Of a stretch of DNA of 64,000 nucleotides, positions 33,001 to 44,509 are shown piece after piece. The first letter of the stretch is position 1; every line of letters starts with the position of its first letter. The stretch lies in assembly GCA_965113315.1 (NCBI GenBank), contig OZ220376.1, one strand, 5' to 3'. The notes beneath the pieces are model-generated. The model saw nothing but the letters and a program-made list of their open reading frames with translations, was not told the DNA's origin and ran no database searches. This DNA comes from Podarcis vaucheri. Lineage: Eukaryota. A program made the position numbers and the translations under genes.

Positions 33001-36000
33001 TACTTGAATATAAGCCGCTCCCATCCTCACTGCTTTTGGTTGCATACTGGGCCGGGGGGAGCAGTGCTGCATTGCCGGCGCCTTTCCCCTTCCTCGTTCT
33101 CTCCCTTCCTGGTCTTGGGGGAGAAGACGGGGAACTAGGTGCAGGGCAGGCACTACTTTTCCACATTCCTGCCGCTGTTTGCCTCGCACTCCTGGCTGCA
33201 TACCGTAAGGTCGCAAATATAAGCCACACTTTTCACGGTTGGAATCTGGGGGGTGGGGAAGTGTGGCTTATATTCAGGCCAACAAGGTATGCCTGTGTTG
33301 GCATACATAAATTAGCCTTGACACTGCAATGTGATTTATATGCCTTTATTTTTTGGTTGCAATAAATGAAGGTTTCCGTGTTGGTGGTTGCGTCTGTGTT
33401 TTTTAGGTTGCACCCACATGCAGGCACACCTAGAATAGCACCTGTCATTTTCCAGAAAAAGGTTTTGCTGCTCTCTGGGAGTTGGGTGTTTGGGGATTAG
33501 ACATCCATAACCATTAGAGATTCCTTTTGTGTGGGGCAGGGTGTCTTCATACAGCTGAGTTTAACAGCACCAGCAATGAAATGGACAGAAGCCTAAAATG
33601 GCTTATGAAGGCACCTCTGTGCTCTATCACACCCAAGGCTGGTTTACTGTAGCTCCTGCATAAGAGGTGTGATGTTGGAGCCTCCTTTTTCCACAACTGC
33701 TCAGTGTGCTTGTGTGTGTCTTGTGCTTGGACACCTGAGAAAGGGTGGGCAGAGGATACCCAAGCAAGCTGCTTTCTTAGTAGCAACTGGCAAACAACCT
33801 TTGATGGCAGAGGAAGGCAGCAGCTGGGCCTTGCTCCACCCTGAAGATGACTCACCTTTGCCTTTTCGCTGGGCTCACTGGCCGTGCCATAAGGGGTGTT
33901 GTGCAGCTCCTTGGAAACAACACAAAGGAATTCGGCCTGGTCTTCATTCCCATAGTTATAGGAAGATCCAATGCTGACTAGCTGGAGGTGGGAAAGAGAG
34001 ACAACTGAGGGGGGCTGTTCTTGTGCTTCAGACAGAACTTAATAAGGGATTACAACCAAAGCTCTGACAGTCAACATTCTGGGCTATTAAATAAAGGTGG
34101 AGCTCTCTCCTTCCTGTTCCCACAACGGGCATCTAACATTAAGAGTGGCCCCTGTCCCTTCCTATAATTCATGCTCAGGCAGGAGAGTGTGGCATTGTGC
34201 AGATAGGAGGCGTCAGTGTTTCACAGGGAGTGTAAGCAATCCTGACCACACAGAGCACTGACTGTGTAAACACACAGCTGTGAAACTCCTAGAATGTTGC
34301 ACAGAAGGAAGACTGCAGGCCTAGAGCCATCCACAATGGATGTAGAAAATAAAGGCCCAGAAACAGAGTTGTGGGGATTCCACACTCTTCTTTGCTCTTG
34401 GAGAGCTAGTGCCTGTTGAGGGACAGTTCTGAGCCAAAAAGATTTTGCTTGATTCCTCCTGCTCTCCAAATCTCCATTAACTGAGAATCTTCCACCACAG
34501 AGAGCTGTGGTGCTTGTACAAACAAATACCAGTGATCTGATCAGTACTGCAATACTGAAGGCAGGATCTGAAGCACTGGCTCTGACATGGCATCTTGGTG
34601 GACAAACATAACTACATGGCTACAGTTTATAGCCTAGATACAAGAATTTCTAATTTTTAGCTGTTTTGTGTGTGTAACAGTGTTCATATCACCACCAGAG
34701 TTAATCCCAGAGGACTATGTTTCCAAGAGCTCTCTACATAAAAAGTGGAGCAAATGGATCTTTGCCTTGAAATGGCCACATGGCACAGTGCTGGAGGAAT
34801 GAAGTGCTTCGTGCCTGCTGTGTGATTTCCCATGGAAATGCCAAGAAGGTGCAACTCAGGCTGAGAGTATAAGCTGCAAATCAAGCATCTCCTAAGGCAC
34901 AAGCTCAGTGGCACATCCAAAGGCTTATTCCCAGTAGGGAAATAATGATATTGTCCTTCTCTACAGAGTTACTTTAAGAAACAACTAGAGTTAATATGTG
35001 ACGAACTTTGAGCAACCAGGCAAACTGCTGTAAAAGTACAAACATTTGTCTTGAGTTTCCTGACCATTCCAGGACCCAAGCCCACAACACCCACAATTAT
35101 TCCAACCCTCACACTTCTCTCGCCTGCTTTTTTGTTTGTTTGTATGGTCCTTGAAAGACTGAAGTGTTTGCTTCCCGTTTTCTTACCTGCTCAAATTTCC
35201 AGCCATCAGACATGGTGGAGACCATCTGAGTCAACTCCTCTTCCTGGCACTGCAGCACCCTGTAAACGTGCTTGACTGGCACCTTTGGTGAAAAACACAG
35301 AGAGACAGCTGAAAGATGAAGCAGGCCAAGAATGGCCACTGGTTTCAACCATCATGTCTTCCAAACGAATCCCTTCTCCGTTACCACTGAGCTCCAGAGT
35401 GCAAAAAAGCCACTTGCCTCAGCCTCTGCTGAGATCTCTCTGCTGCCCTCCTCCCTTTGGGCATTGCCACAAGCACAAACATTTCACTCACAGAAGGAAA
35501 AGGGGCATCTGATACCACCAGAAGCCACTTCTCATAATTCCCTCAGTTTGGGCACCAAACACAGCCACACATTCTGAAATGAAGTCAAGCCAAGGCTACC
35601 TAAAAACAAATCAATTTTTTAAAAAACTAGCAGGTCCTACCTGTGAGATTCTGCTGTCTCGTTCCCTTATTTTGTCCTTTACAAGTTTGATTAAGGATGT
35701 GATGTTGTAGAATTCAGCTTCTTCAAGCACACCTGATTGGAGGGGAACACAAAGTCAAAAGAGGGCCTCATAAAACTCCAGCTACTTGTGAGAAAGTCTG
35801 TGTCACAAACAGGCCCTGAGAGGCATTGCATGGCCAAGCAGCAGACTGTCCCTCTGAAGCACTGCCCTGGTCAGGATGAGGCAGGGCCTCTGCTCCAAGA
35901 CCAAAGCAGAAAAAGAAAGCCCAGGAGTAAGGAGAGTGTTCCAGGAAGGTCACGCACCAGCCAACAACCTCCCCAAAACAGTGACCTCACAGCACTTCAG

Positions 36001-39000
36001 GTGCTGGAACCTGGTATCTAAAGGATCATTCAGGTCTTAAGATCTGAAGGCCACTGCAAGTTGCAGAGCAATGCTACAAACTAGCCCAGCCCAAACAGGC
36101 TGCCATGCTTTGCATATGTGAAACCAATTACTGTACACCCAAAGTGATTTTTCACAGCTGTGATCAAACATTAAAGCAGTTTTCCTAAACAGCAAAACAT
36201 ACCTTCCTCTGCGAGGTCTTTATTGATAACCAGTTTCCCGTGTCGGAGATAATTCAACACCGGTCCAAAGTAGGTTGGATCTCTGTCTATTAAGTAGGCA
36301 CCTGTTTCATCCTAATTAAAATATGTGTGTTACTTATTTATATAGAAATTGTCTTATCACACTTAAGCCATCCTATTCCCAGATCAGCCAACTAAATTAA
36401 AATACCAGATTAAATTAGTGTGAGACCCCACAGAGATCCTGACATTCCAACCCTGACATACCCTCATCCATGTCATAAACCAGAAGCTTCCACCATGGAT
36501 TCAGTGCACCGCATTAATGAATAATCAGAGCTTCAGTATGGAGGTCTTAATTGTGAAACAGAGCTACTGCTCAGCTGGTTTCTAATCTCTAATCAATTAC
36601 CGCAAGGGACTGTGAAAATTAATAATTTGGCTCAAATGACAATCAATATTAATGTGGGGTAAGAAAAGCTTAATAACGTTTATCCAAATGAGAACCATCC
36701 ATTTTATTCAACCACTAGTTATGATCTTTATACTAAATAATAAACCTAAAATTGCAACCAAAGCAATAAAGCCCTCAAATCTCTGGGTTAGATCCAGGCT
36801 TAGAAATGTAATGAATGGTCCCTACAGTTCATAAAATTCTCTCTGACTGAGTTGAGGTATCCATTGCAAGAAGAGGGCTTTCTCCAATTCTCCCTGCAGA
36901 CCCCAGCAATCTCCCCTACCCAAAGGTTCTTGTGGGTCCCTCAACCATCTGGAGCAGATTTTTGGAAGGCAAAAGGAACTGAACAGGAAATCAGCAAAAA
37001 TCTCCTCCTCCTGTCAAGAAGAGTGGCTGTTTAATAAAACATCCAAGGGGCTTAAAAGGTATTTTGTTACACACCTGTACAGAAATATGATTTTGTAGAA
37101 GGTTGCCAGAGCCCTTTGAATTCACATTATTTTTATGAGCTGAACACAAAAATTCACCATCCAATCAAGGCTCACAGCATTTTCCTGAACGACAATTTTG
37201 TTATTGTGCTTTCCCATAGGGGTGGTTCCAATTATTAAATTTGCCCTGATATTATTTGTTTTTATTACACTGGCTTCAATATTTGCAATTTATAATATTT
37301 AGAGGGGGGAAATGAGTTGGGGGGTACATGGCAGAAGTGTATAAAATTATGCATGGTGTACAGAAACCTCTCCCTCCCTCAAGACTCAGGGCCACGCAAC
37401 AGGTTGAACTTTTGAAGATTTAGAACAGACAAAACGAAGGACTTTTCATTCATTTTTCCTTGATATAGAAATATGGATGTTGTGACAATAATAATAAATA
37501 AAAGTGAAAATGCAAAAACAACACTAAAATAAAGGAAATCACAAGAACTGAATTTCCACTAGGATTTTTTAAAAAGAAAAAAGGAAGGACTTCTTCACAC
37601 AGCACATAGTTAAACTACAGAATTTACTCCTGCAAGAAGTAGTGATGACCACCAACTTAACGGCTTTTAAAAAGGATCGGAGAAATTCATGGAAGATATG
37701 GCAACCAATGGCTACTAGCCACAATGGCTATGCTCCACCTCCACTGTCAGAGGTGCTATGTCTCTGAAACTCAGTTGGAGGGAAACCCAAAAGGGAGAGT
37801 GCTGCTGCTGCTGTGCTCAGGTTGTGTTTGTGGCCTATTCATTTGAGCTTTGTAAACTGCTTTGATTTTTCCCCTATGAAATAGTGGTATATAAGTATTT
37901 TTAATAAATGCCCATAGGAATACAGAGAAACATCAGACAACATTTTTACATGAAAATGCCCCAAATTCACTATCAAAAGACAATGAACATTATAAAATTG
38001 TAAAACTAATACTACGTGATGCTTGTGGTGCAAAAAAACTGGGAATGAAGAAGCACTGATCTTCATACATCTTTTTTTTTTAAACAAATAGAACCCTTGA
38101 CCACCTTTGTCTTATCATTATAGTTCACTCCTCTGGTTACTCACTACAAAAATCAGCTTCTTGTTGCTGTACACAGCCCATTTCTGATGGCCAGATCCTG
38201 ATGGATCCATTTAATGATTAAATGTAAACTCAAATCCCACTCTGGACATTCATGGCTTACCAATTCAGTGTCTGTTCTGGTACTTCCAGGACATAACATA
38301 CAATATTCGTAGCACGATGCTACAAGGTCTTTTGCATTCTTGTTGCAAACTTCAGGCCAATAATTTTTTTGGTGCTCTCAGTCCATGCTGTGAAGATCCA
38401 CACTGAAGGATCCAGGCCCTGTTGCATTGATTGGTATCTTACAATAAATATACAGCCTACTTGTGGATGGATGGGTTTTGAGGATGCAAATTATCTCTCT
38501 AAGTATGCAACATCTGCATTGCAAAACTCACAAATCTGGTGAGTCTTTGCACCACTAGCAAAAACATGAAACCTGGAAATGGCTTTTCTTGGAACTGAAT
38601 GAGTTTTACCATGGGTCTAATTTTTGGCACCATGATGAACTGTGATTTTATGGAGCAGCCCATGGACAAAGATATAAGCATTGGTTTGATAGTGGATTTG
38701 AGGCACCTTCATGTAAAAACCATGGATCCATGAGAATCTATCCAGCTCTTTCCCCCACTTCATTACAGGCTTGCCACAGTCCTAAAGTTAGAAAGCAGAG
38801 TTTGGCACAGAGGTGTACAATGTGAGGTCCAGCAGCACTGGATTTTGCTGACCCCATGATTAAAGAGCACAATCAAGAGCACAGCTCTATTCTTATCAGA
38901 AAACAAATCTGAGTAGACTGTAATCTTGCACTGCTGAGCTTACTCAACTGACCTAATAAATATTTGCTCCATAAGGATCTGATTACTATTATGCTTGTGG

Positions 39001-41748
39001 TAGTGTGGCTAGAATTAGCCAAGCAATGGAAAAGACTACAGTGGGGGGGGGGGACTGTGGAAATAGCTTATCTGAGAAACTGACATACTAGGATCATATT
39101 GACATGAGAAATTGTTTTTTGCTTGGCAGTACTTATGCCAGTAGGAGCAACCTGAAAGGTGGTCTCTCTCCCCCTCCTACAACTGTCTCATGAGCAAATA
39201 TGGCAAGACATACTGGGAGACAGCTGTTTTGACAATCTGATTTTCTTAATGTATGCCCACTGTTTATGAAAGTAGCTACTCTATTTTTTCAATGAATATT
39301 TAAAAAGTTAAGTAAGAACCAGCATCGATAAACAACATGATCTAGGCAAGTTCAGACTTGCACTCTGAGGCAATACACAAGGGGCGTTATCAGGAACTAA
39401 AGGGCAAGGAGAGGCAGCTCACTTGAGTCATTAAAAGCAAGCTTAAGCTATATGCCAAGTGAATCTTTCAGGACTGGAGTGCAATCTGACCACTGCCAAG
39501 GCACACTTAACAATTAACTAAGCAGCCATGGACACTATGAAGACTGTAAGCTTTTATGGACTAGCATCTACCTCATCAGATACATTGCATGCCATTGCTA
39601 CATAGGTGTAGAGAAAGAAATACAAACAGTGAGATCATATGGAAATGAAATGCAAAAAGAGGTGTTACATTTGCATTAAAGCTTAAAATCCAAGTTTCAC
39701 AACCCCTTTGAAGTTTCCTTATTCAAGTCCAGGAGCAACCAACATGGTGCCTTCCAGTTGTTGCTGAACTACAACTCCCACCTTCCCTGACCATTTGTCA
39801 TGCTGGCTGGTGCTGAAGCATGTCACAGTCCAACATAAGGAGGACACCAAGTTAGCTATTCCTGAGTTAGTCTGTTGGGAGCAGACTTTCTGCATGTTGC
39901 CTTCATCTCTGAGTCCAACCAGAAGAGAGAATAACAACTTTACTCCAGAGAAAAGGAGCCAACTTCTAGGGGCCAAGGTCTTCTTCGGCCTCCCCAATAA
40001 AATATATTGGGGAGGGGGCTAAAGTTGATGGGCATTGCCTTCAAATGGTGTATTACACTGCATCATGTGATCAGTTATGTGGACTGGAGCTTACCTGTCC
40101 CCCTCCCCAAATATTTGATTCAAGTTGGCATCCCTGCCCCAGAGAAGAGGAACCTGTCTGGTGAAGAGAAGTCAAGGCCTGGAGATGCCCAGAACCCAGG
40201 TATGCAGAGTCTAGAGCAGCCTTTGCTAATCTGGTGCTCTGCAGATGTCATTGGACTCCAACCCCCATTAGCTCCTGCTGCCAGCCATGGATGATGGAAT
40301 GACTTCCACCAGCATTTGGAGAATCATAGGTCCCCCCTGGGTAAAACAAGAGAACCTTCAATCTACTAAAAGAAGCCCGGAGACAAAGCTGTTTTGAACA
40401 AGCCTTTTAGAGTGACTCTCAAGAAATACAGACTCTTTCCCAAAGCTGATTTTCTACATCAACAGTAAGTTGGATCAGATAACCTTTGATGGCCCTCCTA
40501 GATTTACAAGTGAAATAATACTACCATGTCTTGTTACATCTGTTCTACCTAAGAAATCTGTCTTTTGTCTAGGGTGTTAGAAACGTTAGGGTTACAAGTC
40601 AGGCTTTATTTTCTCAAATCATGAGGACATAATCCCAGGTGGGTCACCTGGTTCATGTAGCCCCTAGGATGGACCCGTTTGGCCTGGATCTCCAAGCTGG
40701 AACCGAGACCATGATTTTCCCTCATAAAACCTTCCTTTGTGTTAATATCTTGCTTGCTAGAGAGTTCTGATAAACTGAAAACTTCTCACATTTTCAAGAC
40801 TTGTGGGCTTTGGTGGGGCCCAGCACTTCAGTAATGGAGTCTCTCACTTGCAGTATGCCTAGGGACCAGCAGCATGCCCATTGAGGCCCAGGTGGGCTTT
40901 GCACAGGCATAGGAAGGGCTCCTTTTATAGAAAGGGGGCTATGGCTGGTGCTCCACGTCAGGCAGCATGATGCTTTGAGCTGGCACTGAGATCTCCCTTC
41001 AACCCCGTTGCTCCACACCCTCAAGACAAGTGTGGATCCCTCGTGAACTCGCAGTGTAACCCTATGCGTGTTTCCTCGGAAGCAAGTCCTACTGTGCTCA
41101 ATGCATACTAATTATACATGCTCAACACTTAAAAGTTGCCTGCCTAGATGCGGGAGAAAAGGCGGCCAACCTCCCGGGTAACCGACCAGAAAAGAGCGGG
41201 AACCTGACGGTGGGCGCCTCTTTCACGGTAACGACGGCGCCGCTGACACAGGTGGCCTGAGCGGCTTTCTCACGCAGAGCCCGGCACTTCGGGAGGAACC
41301 GGGGCAGCAAAGCGGCGGCCCTCCAGCCTAGTGCCCGCGGTGGGACGGCCAAGCTATGGGGTCCTCGCCCGGCCTGTCCCCGGAGCACCTGCAGAATGCG
41401 GCGGCGGCGCCCCCTCACCTTGTCAGAGTCGAGGTCCGGGTCGGCCTGGCACAGGCGGAAAAGGAAGCTTTTGGGGTCCCTGCAGAGCGTCTGCCGGGTG
41501 GTGAGGAAGCAGGTGCCGCCCACGTTCAGCCGGACCCATTTCCCGGGCACGCCGCCCGCGACGGGAGGGGCCGGGGGAGCGAGGCAGCCCCCGCACGACG
41601 ACGAGGACGACGACGAAGGCGAGGAGAAGGACGACGACGACGAACTGGAGCTGCTGCTGCAGCGCCGGCAGGAGGCGGAGGGAGCCCCGGACAGGCCAAG
41701 CCCTGCCGCCGGCACCACCGGCAGCTCGCAGGAGCCCTCCGCCGCCAT
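27027..41748 (-). CDS. KCTD5: BTB/POZ domain-containing protein KCTD5 (CUL3 adaptor)
   Basis: Exons 41419-41748, 36203-36311, 35641-35732, 35187-35282, 33856-33981, 27027-27056. Motifs: [101 protein letters not shown]|ILQERGSRM*. Adjacent to PDPK1, as in mammals. Confidence 0.96.
27462..27628 (+). mobile_element. CR1 LINE 3' end
   Basis: TCCTTGGAGGTTTTCAAGCAGAGGTTGGATGGCCATCTGTC...TTCCAACTCTACAATTCTATG. Confidence 0.85.
30233..30291 (-). CDS. KCTD5: Candidate alternative KCTD5 exon encoding the acidic C-terminus [14 protein letters not shown] (coding part 30247-30291)
   Basis: Branch-like TACTCAC, a long AG-free pyrimidine tract and a CAG acceptor. Phase-0 frame is compatible with exon 5; donor ATG|GTGAGC. 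Confidence 0.6.
32927..33287. mobile_element. Tc2/pogo-like MITE
   Basis: TA+CCATATTTGCCCAAATATAAGCTGCAC ... GTGTGGCTTATATTCAGGCCAACAAGG+TA; related to 57035-57595. Confidence 0.75.
37585..37840 (+). mobile_element. CR1-like LINE 3' fragment
   Basis: ACTTCTTCACACAGCACATAGTTAAACTA...AAATTCATGGAAGAT...AATGGCTACTAGCCA. Confidence 0.7.
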
Positions 41749-42150
41749 CCTGGCTGCGCGCCGGAAGGTCCGCTCTCGAAAGGCGTCCCCTCCGGGCCGC
41801 TGTCCCGGCAGGCTCTCCGAGAGCGCATGTGCGGCGGCGATGTGGCCCCGCCCCCTGCCGTCCGGAAGTGAGGGCGGAGCGGCCCCGCCCCTTCTGCGGG
41901 CTTCTTCTGCTTGCTGGGTGCGCCAGCGGGTAGAGGGGAGGAGGCGCTGATTAACTCTTTGCCTGCCGGCCGCTTTTACCATCCAACCTCCGCCTCGCCT
42001 CGCCTGGTCTCTTCTTCTTCCGCGCCGATGAAGGGCGGGGCGGGGCGGGGGAGCGGGAGCTCTATGTCTGCCAGGAGACCGTTCGCGCAGGAAGCGCTGT
42101 ACTCTCCCGCCTCCGTGCCTGAGTTTGCGGGCGAAGCGGGGGGCATGTCA
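41150..42150 (-). promoter_or_regulatory. CpG island / promoter of KCTD5
   Basis: High CpG density; CCGGAAGT at 41862-41869; several GGGCGG boxes at 41872-41890 and 42033-42050. Confidence 0.88.
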
Positions 42151-42365
42151 ATACCAACACTATGCCCACATTTATTTAGTTAAATTGAATTTCTGTACCG
42201 CCCTTCATTTTAGGCTTACAGGGCAGTTTATAGCAGAATAGGACGTAACATAGCAGTAAACAAAATACAATAACACCCCCAACAGATTTTTAAAGACCTT
42301 GGATCAATCAGCCAAAGGCCTGGGAGAAGAGGAATGTTTTTGCCTGGCACCTAGTAATCTGTAAG

Positions 42366-42619
42366 TGTTATGTACTGAAGCTTTCACCCTGGGCCAGCAG
42401 GGGGATACTGTAGATAGTTTTCACTCAGGTCCACATATGCAAATAAGAGTTTGAAAGTGACGTTCAGTGATTGGATAGTTACAGAAAGTAGTTACTGTTG
42501 TGTTGTAGTGGAGCGCTATATAAGCATGCTGGCTGAACAGTTCAGTTCTGTTCTGTGAATAAACAAGAGCTGTTTGAAGAATCGCTGTGTCGTCTGATAT
42601 GTTCACCCACAACTTAACA
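42366..42619 (+). mobile_element. Solo LTR (254 bp)
   Basis: TGTTA...TAACA termini; 5-bp flanks GTAAG/GTAAC; TATATAA at 42517-42523; AATAAA at 42558-42563. Confidence 0.85.
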
Positions 42620-43035
42620 GTAACGAAGGCACAAAACATAAAGGGGGAGCCTCTACAGAAAAGGCCTCTTCTCATGTTGCCACCCTCTGGGCCTCTCACA
42701 AAGGAGGCACACAAAGGGCCTCAGTTCATATCAGAAATTCATATCCTTGAGGTCCTGAGTAGTTTTTAAGGCATTATAGGTCAAAACCAGCACTTTGAAT
42801 TGGGCCTGGAAGCTTACTGGTAGTTGGGAAAGGATCAGTGTTATGTGCTCAAAACATATTGTCCTGGTGAACAACCTGACTCCTGAATTCTGTGCCCACT
42901 GACATTTTCAAACCATCTTCAGAGGCAGCCCTGCCTATAACACATTGCAGTAATCTAACCTAGAGGTTACCAGAGCATAATCAACTGAACTTAGGCTATT
43001 CCTGTCCAGACAGGGGTGCAGCTGGGCCACCAGTC

Positions 43036-43180
43036 TAAGCTGATGGTTAGAGCATGGTGCTGCTAATGCCAAGGTCCTGGGTTTGATCCTCATATGGGAC
43101 ACCTACATATTCCAGCATTGCAGGTGGTTGTACTAGATTACCCTCAGGGTCCCTTCCAACTCTACAATTCTATAATTCTA
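43036..43180 (+). mobile_element. tRNA-derived SINE with a CR1-like tail (Squam2-like), nested in the L2
   Basis: TGGTTAGAGCATGGTGCTGCTAATGCCAAGGTCCTGGGTTTGATCC head; GGTCCCTTCCAACTCTACAATTCTATAATTCTA tail. Confidence 0.8.
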
Positions 43181-44255
43181 AGGCACTCTGTGCAACTGAG
43201 ACCTCTTGAGCCTCAAGTGACAGTAATGGATCTAGAAGCACCCTCAAGTTGTGCATCGGCTCCTTTACAGGGAGTTAAACTCCCTCAAGAGCAGGCAACC
43301 TCCCATCCATCTGGTCCAGGGAACTGCCCACTAACAGTGCCTCAGTCTTATCGGGTTTAAGCTTCAGTTTGTTGGCTCTCATCCAGGCCATTACCAAGGC
43401 ATGACAACAATGCAGCACATCCACTGCCTCACCTGCAGATGTAAAGGAATACAGCTGTGTGTCCTCCACATATTGCTGATAGCATACTCCGAAACTCCAG
43501 ATAACCCCTCAGCTGCTTCATGTAGCATGGGGGATAAAATCGAACCCTGAGGAACCCCGCACTGAAGGCTCCACAGAGCCAAAGAGCACTCCGCAAGCAT
43601 CACCCTCTGGAAATGATCATGCAGAAAGCGGTGCCAACCACCAGTAACTTGGACAGCCACTCCAGGAGGATACCATGGCTGATAGCATTGAAAGCCGCAG
43701 ACAGGAGAAAGAAGAGGCACATTTCCTCTTCTGACACAAATCATCATACATGGCCACTAAAGCAGTTTTTGTGCCAAAGTTGGGCCTAAACACCCCAAAT
43801 GAAATGGATCTGGATCACATTGCCTGGACTGGCTTGGGGCTTCATGGTTAGCAGAATAACACATGGCAGGTGTTTTGCTGCCAGGGTGGGTGGAAATGTC
43901 CTCTGTGTGGGGGATATAGCACTGGCTGCATCCTCATGAATACACTGATCTGATGTTGGTCATTACAGCCCTCATTTCTTTGAAAGGTTAGCCTTAAACC
44001 TAAAAAGCAGCTTTAAAAATACCTTTGGTGGTGGGGGGGTTGTAATGTTTGACACTGCAAGCCTTACTCTAATGCAGCATAATAGGGCCTGTGTGTTCTT
44101 TTCCCACTCAGGACCCAGCAGCCACCTCTGGGCCACAATATGACAATACATGGCCCTCACACAAAAAAGGGGCTGGGAACTGGAGACTGTCCTCCTTCCA
44201 CCTACCCAGCTCCTGAAAAATAAGTGAATGATGCAAGCCAATGTGGATCGTGGGA

Positions 44256-44259
<4 letters not shown>

Positions 44260-44300
<41 letters not shown>
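44260..44300. repeat. (GA)n microsatellite
   Basis: Seen directly. Confidence 0.95.
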
Positions 44301-44302
<2 letters not shown>

Positions 44303-44503
44303 TCCCAATCCATTGCCAGATTGATACAGGAAGACAGGGCTTTAAAGATGGATCAACGTTTTTCTTCAGCAGTTTCCATACTGGCAATATGTAATGCAGA
44401 TAGGGGAATTCAGAAGTTTTGAACCATGGAATATGCAATGTTTACTTATCCAAACCTAAATTTGCTTTGCTATTTTGGGAACATGAATGAAGCGCAGATA
44501 TGT

Positions 44504-44509
44504 TTTATT
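44504..44509 (-). terminator. Candidate polyadenylation signal of PDPK1
   Basis: Minus-strand AATAAA ~3.6 kb past the stop codon, at the end of a U-rich, repeat-poor UTR-like stretch. Confidence 0.45.

Larger units (their letters stand above)
42170..43810 (-). mobile_element. L2-clade LINE remnant (reverse-transcriptase region and 3' tail), interrupted by younger insertions
   Basis: Minus-strand translations CGVPQGSILSPML, DTQLY and WMRANKLKLKPDKTEALLV are characteristic of L2/CR1-group RT. A tail with AAAT-type repeats lies at ~42170-42235. Confidence 0.85.

Noticed and set aside
40575-40790. Possible degenerate solo LTR (TGTTAGAA...TTCTCACA)
   Set aside because: No target-site duplication and no clear TATA box; insufficient support.
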